A stretch of DNA of 64,000 bases from Reclinomonas americana ATCC 50394 (lineage: Eukaryota), in NCBI GenBank assembly GCA_048213135.1, contig PS015061.1:31172-95171 (forward strand), given 5' to 3'. Both the position numbers and the translations under genes were made by a program. Numbering within the stretch: the first letter of the stretch is position 1; each line of letters opens with the position of its first letter. Below, one piece after another: positions 11,383-22,897 of the stretch. The notes below the pieces were generated by a model that saw only the letters and a program-made list of their open reading frames with translations, ran no database searches and was not told the origin of the DNA.

Positions 11383-12666
11383 TCAAACACCACCTGCACC
11401 TTGTTGCTCGAGCAGTTGCAATCGCACTCTCTCCACATCCGCGTGCCACATGTCGTGCTCCTCCACTGCCCGGTACAGTCGATCGAGAGCGAACGGCTCC
11501 TCACACGGAGGCGGCTCATACCTCACCAGGCGTGTGCGAGCGCGTGGCAGCAACAACATCTCTGCCTCCTCCTTGAGGAAGCACCGTATCACCATGAGCG
11601 GCAGTGGTTCTGTGCCGACGGCACTCCTTTCTTCCTCGACCACTTCCAGCACACCTTCCTCCGAGCACTGGAGCACAGCGACGGCATGTCGCACGCAGAG
11701 CATCTCCCACACAAGGTGCGAGTACACTGTCGAATCGCAGAGTGAGACAGAGACAGAGAGCCAGCAGTCTTTTCTCCCTGTCTCACTGCGCTCGCAACTC
11801 TCTTGTTCTGGCAACTTGTCCTCAGGCCCCCACGACTTGGCACTCCAAGCCGACGGATACTTGGCCACCAACTCAGCGTCGAGGCTGTCGGAGAAATCAT
11901 TAATGGCGATGGGGTCTGCGGAGGCAGTCAGCATCAGAGTGCTGCTGGTGACTGAGAAGCAAAACACCACACAACATCCATCCTCCGTTGCAATCGCCAT
12001 GAGCTCTTCGTCCGACAGCTCGTCCCCAGCAGCGCAATCATCTTCATACATCACAACATCCTCTTCCATGCGAAACATGCGCTCCAGCCGAGAACACTGC
12101 ACGCCTCGTTGCCGACAATACGCCGCGCGGAACTCCTCAAGCTGCAACTCAGCAAATTCCTGCCATCCTACGCCTTGGAGCGCGGTCGCATCGCTGCGGA
12201 CAAGGTCACTCACGAAGCAGCAGTTGTACGGGTCCGAGGTGCGCACCCACTGGTTCTCCCACATCTCCAAGTGGTGCGCCAACCCACCATAGTCGTGGTT
12301 CACAACAAGACGACCAGTGAGCAGGCGTCCAAGTGGCGCAAAGAAGCCGCGAACATAGTTGGCCAGTGGGTGGAAGCGGTAAGGCTGCGGTTTGCGCATG
12401 TAGTCGTTTCCGGGCCAGAAGAGGCGCGTCCCCGAGCGATCCACCATCCAGTTGTCAAGCGTGTCTTGGAGTTGGTCCGAGAGCGATGTGCGGACCCAGG
12501 AATCCTGCAGACGAGTAAGTGCGTGAGAGGGAAGAGAGAGACAAGAGACAAGAGAGAGAGAGAGAGAGGAGAATGATTCAACTCGTGCATTGAAGAGGGC
12601 CACCAAGTCGGGAGGAAGAGGCGGACTGATGATGAGGGCACCGTACACGTAGCCGTCGACGCCCAT
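11383..12666 (-). CDS. Hypothetical protein with a C-terminal module shared with the adjacent WD40 proteins
   Basis: ATG 12666 (MGVDGYVYGALIISPPLPP). Probable in-frame introns at 12505-12582 and about 11728-11787. Contains YSHLVWEMLCVRHA...LPLMVIRCFLKEEAE. Stop at 11383. Confidence 0.75.
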   Translation of the reverse strand: MGVDGYVYGALIISPPLPPDLVALFNARVESFSSLSLSLVSCLSLPSHALTRLQDSWVRTSLSDQLQDTLDNWMVDRSGTRLFWPGNDYMRKPQPYRFHPLANYVRGFFAPLGRLLTGRLVVNHDYGGLAHHLEMWENQWVRTSDPYNCCFVSDLVRSDATALQGVGWQEFAELQLEEFRAAYCRQRGVQCSRLERMFRMEEDVVMYEDDCAAGDELSDEELMAIATEDGCCVVFCFSVTSSTLMLTASADPIAINDFSDSLDAELVAKYPSAWSAKSWGPEDKLPEQESCERSETGRKDCWLSVSVSLCDSTVYSHLVWEMLCVRHAVAVLQCSEEGVLEVVEEERSAVGTEPLPLMVIRCFLKEEAEMLLLPRARTRLVRYEPPPCEEPFALDRLYRAVEEHDMWHADVERVRLQLLEQQGAGGV

Positions 12667-12803
12667 CTCCGTTGCTGTCTCTCTGTCTGAGGAACGAAGC
12701 ACAAGTTGGCGTCCTGCGCGCGTGTGTGAATCGTCACTCTCTCTCCGTCACACGCACACACACACACACACACACACACTGTCTCTCCTTGTCAACACGC
12801 ACC

Positions 12804-13856
12804 ATGTCCTCACCACCTCCTTCTCTTCCCTGCAAATGCCTGGATGGATATCGTGTGGTGAGCTCTGTCGCCATCACCCCCGATGGGCTGCACGTGGTCT
12901 CGGGGAGTTGGGACAGAAGCGTGCGAGTGTGGTCACTGAGGAGCGGTGAAGAGTTGCGACGGCTGGAGGGGCATGATGGAGATGTGTATTCTGTCGCTGT
13001 CTCTCCCGATGGTCAGCACATCGTGAGTGGATCTGCGGACATGACTGCGCGCGTGTGGTCGCTGGCGGGTGGCGAGGAGGTGCAGCGATGCCAAGGGCAC
13101 ACTGAACGAGTGATATCTGTTGCTTTCGCTCCCGATTGTCAACACGTCGTGAGTGGAAGTGAGGACCGAACAGTGCGTGTGTGGTCGCTGGCAAGTGGCG
13201 AGCAAGTACGACGGTTGGATACCCACTGGGTGTGGTGTCTCGCGGTAACTCCCGATGGGAATCACATTGTGACTGGCAGCTGGGACGGGATTGTGCGCGT
13301 GTGGTCACAGGCGAGTGGAGAACAAGTGAGACGGCTGGAAGCCGGCCCCGAGGGGGTGTGCGCTGTCGCCGTCACGCCCGATGGGCAGTGCGTAGTGAGT
13401 GGGAGCGGTGACAACACCGTGCGAATGTGGTCGCTGGCGAGCGGTGAAGAAGTACGACGATTTGAGGGACATACGGTCTGGGTGACCACTGTCGCCGTCA
13501 CGCCCGATGGTCGGCACGTTGTGAGCGGGAGCGACGATACCACGGTGCGAGTGTGGTCACTTGAGAGTGGAGAAGAAGTGCGACGCTTGGAGGGACACAG
13601 TGGAACCGTGCTGTCAGTCGCCGTCTCCCCCGATGGTCAGCAGATCGTGAGCGGAAGTGCCGACATGACAGTGCGAGTGTGGTCCTCGCCATATGGTCAC
13701 GCTCGGCTGGAGCTCCTCGGTGCTCGTGAGGCCATGCGCGCGGTGCAGGAGATGCAGGAGGAGGACGAGCGGTGGCTGCCCGAGATCGTGATGCGCTGTT
13801 TCTTGGTCGAGGAGGCGGAAGTCGTTGTTCATCGGTGCTTTGACCTGCGACTGTGA
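12804..13856 (+). CDS. Intronless WD40 protein, copy A (7 regular repeats plus C-terminal helical module)
   Basis: Seven repeats of the form GH..V.SVAV(S/T)PDG.H(V/I)VSGS.D.TVRVW, then SSPYGHARLELL...LPEIVMRCFLVEEAEVVVHRCFDLRL*. Confidence 0.93.
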   Translation: MSSPPPSLPCKCLDGYRVVSSVAITPDGLHVVSGSWDRSVRVWSLRSGEELRRLEGHDGDVYSVAVSPDGQHIVSGSADMTARVWSLAGGEEVQRCQGHTERVISVAFAPDCQHVVSGSEDRTVRVWSLASGEQVRRLDTHWVWCLAVTPDGNHIVTGSWDGIVRVWSQASGEQVRRLEAGPEGVCAVAVTPDGQCVVSGSGDNTVRMWSLASGEEVRRFEGHTVWVTTVAVTPDGRHVVSGSDDTTVRVWSLESGEEVRRLEGHSGTVLSVAVSPDGQQIVSGSADMTVRVWSSPYGHARLELLGAREAMRAVQEMQEEDERWLPEIVMRCFLVEEAEVVVHRCFDLRL

Positions 13857-14175
13857 TGTGTGACTTGTGGTTGTTCATCGTTCCTTCTGTGTTGTTGTGA
13901 AGTTGATCGCGACTGCACTCTGCGGGTTCGTTCAAGCAATGAAGCATGCAGAGTTGCAAGGTGGGACAGTGAGTGATCATATGCATGTCGCGCGTCGAAC
14001 GATACCGAAAGACAACAGAGCACAGATCCGTTTACAGCAACACATTGAAGACCATTCGTAAGGTCACCCGTGCAGTGGATACTGTCACCGTGCTATATGG
14101 CCACATGGTTCAACGTCAAGAGTTGTCCGTCATTGATCCTGCTTGCAACATTTGATCTAATCACGTGCACACGAC

Positions 14176-14209
<34 letters not shown>

Positions 14210-14734
14210 NNNNNNNNNNNNNNNNNNNNNNNNNNNNNNNNNNNNNNNNNNNNNNNNNNNNNNNNNNNNNNNNNNNNNNNNNNNNNNNNNNNNNNNNNNN
14301 NNNNNNNNNNNNNNNNNNNNNNNNNNNNNNNNNNNNNNNNNNNNNNNNNNNNNNNNNNNNNNNNNNNNNNNNNNNNNNNNNNNNNNNNNNNNNNNNNNNN
14401 NNNNNNNNNNNNNNNNNNNNNNNNNNNNNNNNNNNNNNNNNNNNNNNNNNNNNNNNNNNNNNNNNNNNNNNNNNNNNNNNNNNNNNNNNNNNNNNNNNNN
14501 NNNNNNNNNNNNNNNNNNNNNNNNNNNNNNNNNNNNNNNNNNNNNNNNNNNNNNNNNNNNNNNNNNNNNNNNNNNNNNNNNNNNNNNNNNNNNNNNNNNN
14601 NNNNNNNNNNNNNNNNNNNNNNNNNNNNNNNNNNNNNNNNNNNNNNNNNNNNNNNNNNNNNNNNNNNNNNNNTCTCTCTCTCTCTCTCCCTCCCTCCCTC
14701 CCTCCCTCCCGCTCTCACCTTGTCAACACACACC

Positions 14735-15790
14735 ATGTCCTCGCCACCATGTTTTCTTCCCTGCAAATGCCTGCAAGGACACACCAGTGCAGTGAACTCT
14801 GTCGCCATCACTCCCGATGGCCTGCACGTGGTCAGTGGGAGCTGGGACATGACCGTGCGAGTGTGGTCACTGGCGAGTGGCGAGGAGGTGCGGCGGCTGG
14901 AGGGGCATGAAGGAGATGTGCTCTCTGTCGCCGTCTCTCCCGACGGTCGGCGCATTGTGAGCGGGGCCATCGATACCACTGTGCGCGTGTGGTCACTGGA
15001 GAGTGGCGAGGAGGTGTGGCGAAGGGAAGGACACACTGATTCGGTGATGTCTGTCGTCGTCTCCCCCGATGGTGAGCATGTAATCAGTGGAAGTGAGGAC
15101 CGATCTATACGTGTGTGGTCGCTGGCAAGTGGTGAGCAAGTAAGCCTGTTGCGCACCCACGTGGTGTGGTGTGTCGCCGTCACGCCGGATGGTCTTCACG
15201 TCGTGAGTGGGGGGTACGATAAGTCTGTGCAAGTGTGGTCACTGGCGAGTGGAAAGGAAGTGCGATGGTTGAAGGGACACACGAGAGGAGTATGCTCTGT
15301 CGCCGTCACCAGTGACAGGCAGTGCGTGGTGAGTGGGAGCGGCGACAACACCGTGCGAGTGTGGTCACTGGCGAGCGGTGAAGAAGTGCGACGATTCGAG
15401 GGACACGCGCAAGCGGTGTTGTCTGTTGCCGTCACTCCCGATGGTCGGCACGTGGTGAACGGAAGCGAGGATGACACCGTACGAGTGTGGTCACTGGTGA
15501 GCGGCGAAGAAGTGCAGCGATTGCAGGGTCACGGTGGAATGGTGGCTGCTGTCGCCGTCTCCCCCGACGGTCAGCAGATCGTGACTGGAGGTGAAGACGA
15601 GACAGTTCGAGTGTGGTCCTCGCCGTATGGTCTCGCTCGGCAAGAGCTCCGCGCAGCTAGGGAGGCCATGCGCGCGGTGCAAGAGATGCAGCACGAGGAC
15701 GAGCGGTGCTTGCCAGAGATCGTACTGCGCTGTTTCTTGGTGGAAGAGGCGGAGGTCGTTGTGCATCGGTGCTTTGACTTGCGACTGTGA
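14735..15790 (+). CDS. Intronless WD40 protein, copy B (tandem paralogue of A)
   Basis: Same MSSPP..LPCKCL start, seven WD40 repeats, and near-identical C-terminal LPEIVLRCFLVEEAEVVVHRCFDLRL*. Confidence 0.93.
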   Translation: MSSPPCFLPCKCLQGHTSAVNSVAITPDGLHVVSGSWDMTVRVWSLASGEEVRRLEGHEGDVLSVAVSPDGRRIVSGAIDTTVRVWSLESGEEVWRREGHTDSVMSVVVSPDGEHVISGSEDRSIRVWSLASGEQVSLLRTHVVWCVAVTPDGLHVVSGGYDKSVQVWSLASGKEVRWLKGHTRGVCSVAVTSDRQCVVSGSGDNTVRVWSLASGEEVRRFEGHAQAVLSVAVTPDGRHVVNGSEDDTVRVWSLVSGEEVQRLQGHGGMVAAVAVSPDGQQIVTGGEDETVRVWSSPYGLARQELRAAREAMRAVQEMQHEDERCLPEIVLRCFLVEEAEVVVHRCFDLRL

Positions 15791-15919
15791 ATTGCAAGGA
15801 AGCAGGAGCTTGTAGAGAAGATTCATGCAAAAAGAATGAAGCAGGCACGTGGATGGGATGGCAACGAGTAACATAGCGTCCAACGTCGCGTCCTTCCTCT
15901 CGCCAATCACGCATTTCCA

Positions 15920-16044
15920 ATGTTACGCCGCGTGCTAACGAGTGGCACTCGGGCCTTCAGCACTGTCTTTGGCCAGCCAATGCCCTTTACACACCCGCAC
16001 ATGTTCAGCGCGGAAGACGAACGTTACTCTTGCACTCGCACACT

Positions 16045-16088
<44 letters not shown>

Positions 16089-17200
16089 CACACGCGCGCG
16101 CACACACAGTGTTTGCACTGACAAGCATTCGCGAGCTGATCCATCGACGCACTCGGCTTGTGGAACAGATGCCTGTGGGATCTCTGTTGCTGTGCAGCGC
16201 GCACCCGGAAAAGTACCAATCCAATGACATTCCATACACCTTCCGGCAGCAGACCGACTTTTTCTACTTGTCAGCCTTTCTGGTGAACAGCAGAGTGTCT
16301 CTCTTTCTCTTTGTGCATGTGTCTCTCTCTGTCTCTCATTCTACATGGCGATCAGGAACCGGATGCGATGCTGATGTTGCACAAGGAGCGTGGCGATCAG
16401 TTCTCGTTCAGTCTGTTTGTGAATCCCAAGGACGCGACCAAGGAAGTGCGTGCGAAGGGAGGCTTGCGAGGGAGAGGGGGGCTTCCTCTGTCCACGTTCT
16501 TCCGCACGTGCATTCTCTGCGTGGCTCGTGGAGTGCTGTCGTGAGAAATCGTTGTTCTTCCGCTTGCACGCCGCGTGATCGTCATGTTGTCTACTGTCGG
16601 CGTCCCTCTCCTTGTGCCTTTTTGATCTGTCTTCTTGTCGGTGTCTGGCCTGTTTCTTTCTCCTGCTCGAGCTTTGCTTTCCTTCCTTCGTTATGTGCGT
16701 CCTCATCCCCATTTCCTCCACTCCTTTTTCTTATCTACCTTCCTGTCTCTCGTTCACCTTTATCTCTCTCGCGTCTCCTCCACTTCTTCTCACTTCGCAT
16801 CGTTTCCTCTCTCGCTCGCTCTCGCTCTCTCTCTCTTCTCTCTCTCTCTCTTTCTCTCGCTTTTCCTTTATTGTCACTGTCAATCTCTACCGCTAACTCC
16901 TACTTCTTCTTCTTCTTCTCCTTCTTCTTCTTCTTCTTCTTCTCCTCGTCCTCGCCTTCCTGTTCCTCCTCCTCCTCCTCCTCCTCCTCCTCCTCCTCCT
17001 CCTCCTCCTCTTTCTCTATTCCTCCCCCCTTTCCTCCTCCTCCTCCTCCCTCTCCTCTCCTCCTTCGCTCTCCTCACTCACCCTCTTTCCCTTTGACCCA
17101 CCTTCTCCCTTCACGCAGCTGTGGAACGGCCCTCGCAGCGGCGTCGAGTTCGCCAAGAGCATCTTTGGCGCCGACGAATCGCACCCGATCGGCGCACTGG
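15920..17200 (+). CDS. XPNPEP3: Mitochondrial Xaa-Pro aminopeptidase (XPNPEP3/Icp55-like), N-terminal part; truncated at an assembly gap
   Basis: Presequence-like MLRRVLTSGTRAFST, then GQPMPFTHPH, IPYTFRQQTDFFYL..EPDA, LFVNPKD...ELWNGPRSG (AMP_N domain). The catalytic domain is not present before the N run at 17201. Confidence 0.82.
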
Positions 17201-17262
17201 NNNNNNNNNNNNNNNNNNNNCCGTAACGTAACGTACGTACGTACGTTCGTCTACTACTACTA

Positions 17263-17327
<65 letters not shown>

Positions 17328-17419
17328 CAGCAAGCACCACACACATACACACACACGCAGTCATCCATTGTGCGCACAAGTAACTGCCCTAACGCACCGC
17401 GTTCTACAGAACCTCACTC

Positions 17420-18530
17420 AGACCCTCTCAGAACACGACGCCACTTCCAGCACACGCACAATCTCTCGCTCTGCAACAGCACCTGCTCTTCCATTCTTTG
17501 ACGACGATCATTGCACAAGGAGGACGCAATCTCTCTCTTCTCTCTCTTTCTCCTCTTGCACAGGCACACACCTACTCCAACTGCGTACGAGACACTGCTC
17601 CAAAACACGCTACTTCTCTCGCTCTGCAACAGCACCTGCTCTCGTATTCTTCGATTACAATCAATTACTCTCTTCTCTCCCCTCACGTCCCTTCCTCCTC
17701 TTGAACAGGCACACACCTACTCCAACTGCGTACGAGACACTGGTCCAAAACATGCTCACTGATCGTGTGCTAAGCAACTGCACCAAAACCTCCATCTGCA
17801 ACATCATTCACACACTGAACAAAGAAAGCCGTTCCGCAACACACGTGCCCCCCCTCCCCCGTCGACATACACAAACCTCTTTCCTACTCTCTCAAAAACA
17901 CCGCTTCAGAACACGCCCTATCTCGCTCACACACGCAGCTCCCCAAACACGTCTCCACTTCAACAAAAGACGAAAACCACTCCAACCCTGCAGCACACGC
18001 TCTCTCATCCTGCGCCAGCACACGACAACCATCGTTCTCACGCATACTTCGACTACAATCGTTGCACAAAAAGGACACAATCTCTCTCTTCTCTGTCTTC
18101 CTCCTCTCAAAACAGGCACACACCAACTCCAACTCTCTCCGTGACAAAGCTCCAAATCACGCTCTCTCACACACATTGCAGCGTCACAGTCGAAGCCCGT
18201 TCAACCTCTGCATCAGAAGCCGCACAGCAAAACACACACGCTCTCCTCGTCTGCCTTTCTCACCTGTCTCCTTCACACTTCCCTTCAACAATCACAATCC
18301 GCATTCTACTTCTGCATCAGTAGCCGCACAGCAACACACACACTCTCTCCTCGTCTGCCTTTCTCTCCGCCCAGGCACTTGTCTCCTACTCTCTTCCTTC
18401 AACAACAACGAAGCCCATTCCACCTCTGCATCAGTAGCCGCAAAGCAACACACACACTCTTTCTTCGTCTGCATTTTTCTCCGCCCAGGCACTTGTCTCC
18501 TTCTCTCTTCCTTCAACACAAACGAACCTC
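17420..18530. repeat. Degenerate tandem repeats, probably intronic in the pinin gene
   Basis: Repeated blocks ACAGGCACACACCTACTCCAACTGCGTACGAGACAC, CTCGCTCTGCAACAGCACCTGCTCT and CTCTGCATCAGTAGCCGCACAGCAACACACAC...CGCCCAGGCACTTGTCTCC. Confidence 0.75.
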
Positions 18531-18610
18531 ATTCTCCCCCTTCCACCTCCTTTCCCCCTCTCCCCCCTCCCTTCCCCTTACCCCCCCCCTTCCTCCTCCG
18601 TCCTCCTCAC

Positions 18611-19552
18611 CTTCACCGCCTTCGCAATCACCTCCCTCGCCTGCTTCAACTCATCCAACTCCTTTTGCCGCTTCTCCCGCATCTCGGCATTATCACGCTC
18701 CCTCTGTTCCCTCAACTCGCGATCCGCCTCCGCCGCCTTTTGCTCCACTAGTTGCTCCATAGTCCTGCGCTTAACCTCCGCCTCCGACGTCCGCGCACGC
18801 TCCTCCTGCGCCCGCCGCAAGTGCCCCTGCAACAGATTGCCCAGCAGTCGACCACCGCGCTTCTTCTCGTCGGGATTGGTGGCCATGTGCAGCTTGCGTC
18901 GCTCCTCGTCGGCCTTGCGATGTGTCTCCGCCAGCGCCGCCAGTTCCTCCGCCGTCAACTTGGTCGCCGGCTCCGCAACAGGCGCCGCAGCATCATTCGC
19001 CTGCAATCGCCTGTTGAGTGAACCGCACTGCATGACAGGATCGCAATGAACCAACCTTGTGATGATGGTGCGATTGATGAGAATGATGGTCTCTTCGCTC
19101 ACGATCGCGATCGCGATCACGCTCCCGATCTCGTGAGTGCTCCACAACAGCAGCAGCAGCAGCAGCAGGCACCGCCAGTCGCGATTCACCAGGCACCGTC
19201 AATACCGTCGACAAACGTCGTCGCGAGGTGGCCGGTCCGCCATCGGCCTCCTCCGCCTCTGCAGCACGATGATGCGACGACGACGCTGACGACGATGACA
19301 ATGGTGGTGCATCCTCACGATCGCGCTTCCGTCTGCACAAGCCGGGCACGTAAGCAAACCATAAGAGAAGGAAATCGTCCACATCGACATGGCCGCTTTT
19401 CTCTCTCTCTTTCCCCCCCCACTCGCTCTCGCAGTGTGTGCGTTCGTGCTGCAGTCTCACCGTACACCTGACAACAGTTCCTCCAATTGACGTTCTCGTC
19501 GCTCCATGGCGGCCAGTCGTCGTCGCGCATGTTCCAAACCCGTGGCAGACAT
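18611..19552 (-). CDS. PNN: Pinin/SDK/memA-like splicing-associated protein, 5' part (3' exons not found before the gap)
   Basis: ATG 19552 (MSATGLEHARRRL...). Three exons give an RD-rich stretch and NPDEKKRGGRLLGNLLQGHLRRAQEE...RRTMEQLVEQK, which matches the pinin domain pattern. Donor AAG|GTGAGG at about 18610. Confidence 0.7.
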
Positions 19553-20038
19553 CGTCAGCACAAGAAGAGAGAAAACCGAGACAGGTTTGCACGCGAGTGT
19601 GAGTGTGTGCGTGAGTGTCGTGGAGAAGAGGACAGAGAGAAAGAGAGCGATGCAGCTGTGCTTGCTCTATCGCGAGGTGAAAGTCAAAAACGGGGGGACA
19701 CGTCATCCTTAATGTCCTCAATCACGTTTTTCCGATCACGAAAGGAGATGGTTCGCGCTCACCCTCCTCTCCTCTCCTCTCCCTCTCTCACTCTCTCGCG
19801 CGCTCTCTCTCTCTCTCTCTTTCTCCCCTCTCCCTCCTCTCGTCTCCTCTCCTCCTTCCTTCCGTCTCTCTCTCTCACTCCTTGTCTCCCTACCACTTCA
19901 CCTCACTCCTTGTGTGCACATGAGGAGTATGCTGCTTCCTCTGTCTCCCCTGCAGCAGATGCGATCACGATTGGTGACTTTCTGCAATCGCGCACATTAT
20001 TTACACAAGCAGTGGTTGACGCTAAACGCTGCATGCAG

Positions 20039-20631
20039 CTGATCCACACGTGACAACTGTTGGTGAGCTGGAGGATGAGCGTGAAGCGCTTGCGTTCTTC
20101 TTCCGCCCACTTCGTCGCGATCGCCGAGATGTCGAGAGCCTTGTGAGTGCCTGTCTTTCGAGTGGCAATCTACCGCGACTGAGGAGGCTCCTCACGCTTG
20201 GGCGGGAGGTCGTTGCAAGACGACTTGGCGGTCTTCTCGATGAAGACGACGTGTGCCTCCTCCTCAGCCAGATTGACAAGGTGTCGTACGACGAGACCAT
20301 TGGTTACTGCTTCGACGATGACTACGATGAGGAGCTGTGGCCACCACCACCACCACCACCACCACTGTCGCCTGCAGAACACGAGGCGTCTGACGATGAC
20401 GATAAGGGTTTCGTGTGGCCTCATCAGATGACCGCTGAAGAGTGTGCTCGCTTCGAGGAAGACGTGAAGAAGTGCTGCGCACGGGAGGAGCAGGAGCGCC
20501 ACGAGTTCGCCAATCGCTGGGACTGTGAACCGGCTCAAGATCTACTGTCGGCCAAGGCCGCAGAACTGGATGAGTTGGCCAAGGCGAGGAGTGTGCGCCA
20601 GGCCGCGCAGATTGTCCAGTTACTTGCCTGA
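20039..20631 (+). CDS. Hypothetical protein, last exon (5' exons in about 19650-19972 uncertain)
   Basis: Open frame of about 195 codons with acidic and poly-Pro segments ending in TGA 20631, preceded by a CAG acceptor. Confidence 0.5.
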
Positions 20632-21150
20632 GTCAACGCTTCGGGTTTGTGGTCGTGGTGATGTACGTGGAAATGGTGCTATTGCTGATTCTTGCATAGA
20701 GCAGCTCGAGGTGAAAGACATGCGCTGCTACGCACGCAGCGATTCGACGCTGGAAACCTCGTTGTGTCAGAATCGTTGCTCGCGCGAGCTCGGCTATCCG
20801 GAGCAGCTAACCCGCAACGCATTCCTATCATTGGCTCAGTGAGATGATGGTACACCGTGCAGATTATTATTTGCCAACACCCGTTTGATTGGCCAACACC
20901 CGTTAGATTGGCTTTGCCTCCTGAAAGGAAAGATGACTGTTGGAGAAGAGTAATTGCGTGTTTTGTATATTGTTGGTGTGCCAAGGTCAGTGTCAGCGAG
21001 GGATCTGTTGACTTTGGTCGCAATAGTGCTGTGCGGTGAATGAAGTGTGTTTGTTTCTTTGTGCAGTGTATCGACAATTGATGTCGGGCCTCGCTCGCTC
21101 TTCTGTGAACCGCATTACATGGTGCATTTTTACTTGACAGCTGCAGTGGT

Positions 21151-22802
21151 CTACGGCGCTTTCGGGGGAGGAGGTATCACTCGCGTGCCCCAGATCATGT
21201 GGATGAGGTGGAGCATGTCGGCCAGGGCGATGAGGCCCATGGCCCAGAAGAAGCAGACGACGTCGGCAATGATGCCGATGGCGGGGACATTTGGCTGAGC
21301 ACTGCGGACGGCCGGCATGGCGAAGCTGCGAAGGTGCAGGAAACTGAGAAGATGGAGCTCAACAAGCGGAGCTGCATTGGTACGCACAGGAAGGCTGTGG
21401 TGAAGATGATGCGGGGAGGCTCGGGTTTCATGTCGCGGGTCCAAACGAGCACAGCGAACGAGAAGACCAGAAGGGCCAGGATCCACATCAGCACCATGAC
21501 GAAGATGGCAAAGAACTGCGCTGCACCATGAACGACAACTGGCATTTCTCGTCACGTGCGTGGTGCGTCTCACCTGAACAGTTTCCGAACGAGCAAACGT
21601 CACGTCCATGCCCAAGAAGACACCGTTGTTGTCAAAGTCGGATACAGTCGGCTGAATGTCCCACCTGGTGCGAGCTTCAGTGATCGATGGAAAATCAGAG
21701 TACCAACAAAAGAACCTCACCCTTGCAGACCACCGGAGAGAGTAAACAGGACCGGAGAAGGAACAACGTCATCGCCGGTGGCCGGCAGGGTCGTGGTGCC
21801 AGAAATAAAGACTGGTGTCGACTGGTACGAGTCGCACGGATAAAAGCTGGCATCTGGTGGGCAAGATGATGGGGAGAGAGAGAGAGAGGCAAAGATCAAA
21901 AGATAACATGTGCTGAGCAAGCATGTCGCAACGCAGCACAGCACGGACTGCCGTACCACCAGTAGCCAGATTGATGGTGATCTCCGTGGAAGGCATAATG
22001 CCACCCTTCTTGAATGCAATGGGCGTTTGGTCTGCACCACCAACATCACACCGAGTGAGGCGGAAAACGGGGTCGGTTTATCGTGATTGCCCAGGAACAC
22101 ACACCGATGGTCAAGTTGACTGCAGTGTTGAGCACGTAGTTGCCGCCCTGAATGTTGCTAAAGTCTCCCACAAAGTCACCTGTGACAACAAACGTGATCA
22201 TGAGTGATTAATTGATGACGTTAGCGCATACGGCCCACATACCACACGGGGCAAAAGTGACTCGCAAGCGGTACGTGCGCGCAATGGGATCGATGGAAGA
22301 CACAGTGCCGAAGATGGCAATAAAGTTGTACGAGGAACACAGTGCAGCGATCTCCTGGTTGCCGCCCACGTTGGGATTGTCGGGGGGGTTGATCACAGCC
22401 ACGGCCTTTGGATAAATCGGCTGCTCATTGGGGTTGGCCTGCGCAGTGGACTTGTTCTTGGCCTGCGCGCGGCGAGTCATGAGCACAGATGCAGCGAAGA
22501 AGAGAGCCATATATATGCATGCAGCGTCATCAACTCACATCATTGGCCGACGACACACCAGCCGCCACGACACCGGCAATCAGTGCCATGGCAAACAGAA
22601 TGGCGCCAATGAGATGCCACGTGCCACGACTAGGCCATTTGCAATTGGCACAGCATCGCCTGGACGCGGCGGCGTTCGGCGGTTTCCTGCTGAAACGTGT
22701 TTTCGTCAAATGATGATCATGCTCATTGATACCATGATTGCATTGCATCAGTTTGCTGCTGCGCGCACAGACGCACATGCATGCTCTCTCTCTCTCTCTA
22801 TC

Positions 22803-22897
<95 letters not shown>

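Noticed and set aside
17119-18610. Apparent truncation (pseudogenisation) of the aminopeptidase P and pinin genes
   Set aside because: Both genes run toward the same 20-N placeholder gap at 17201-17220. The missing 3' exons are probably unassembled.
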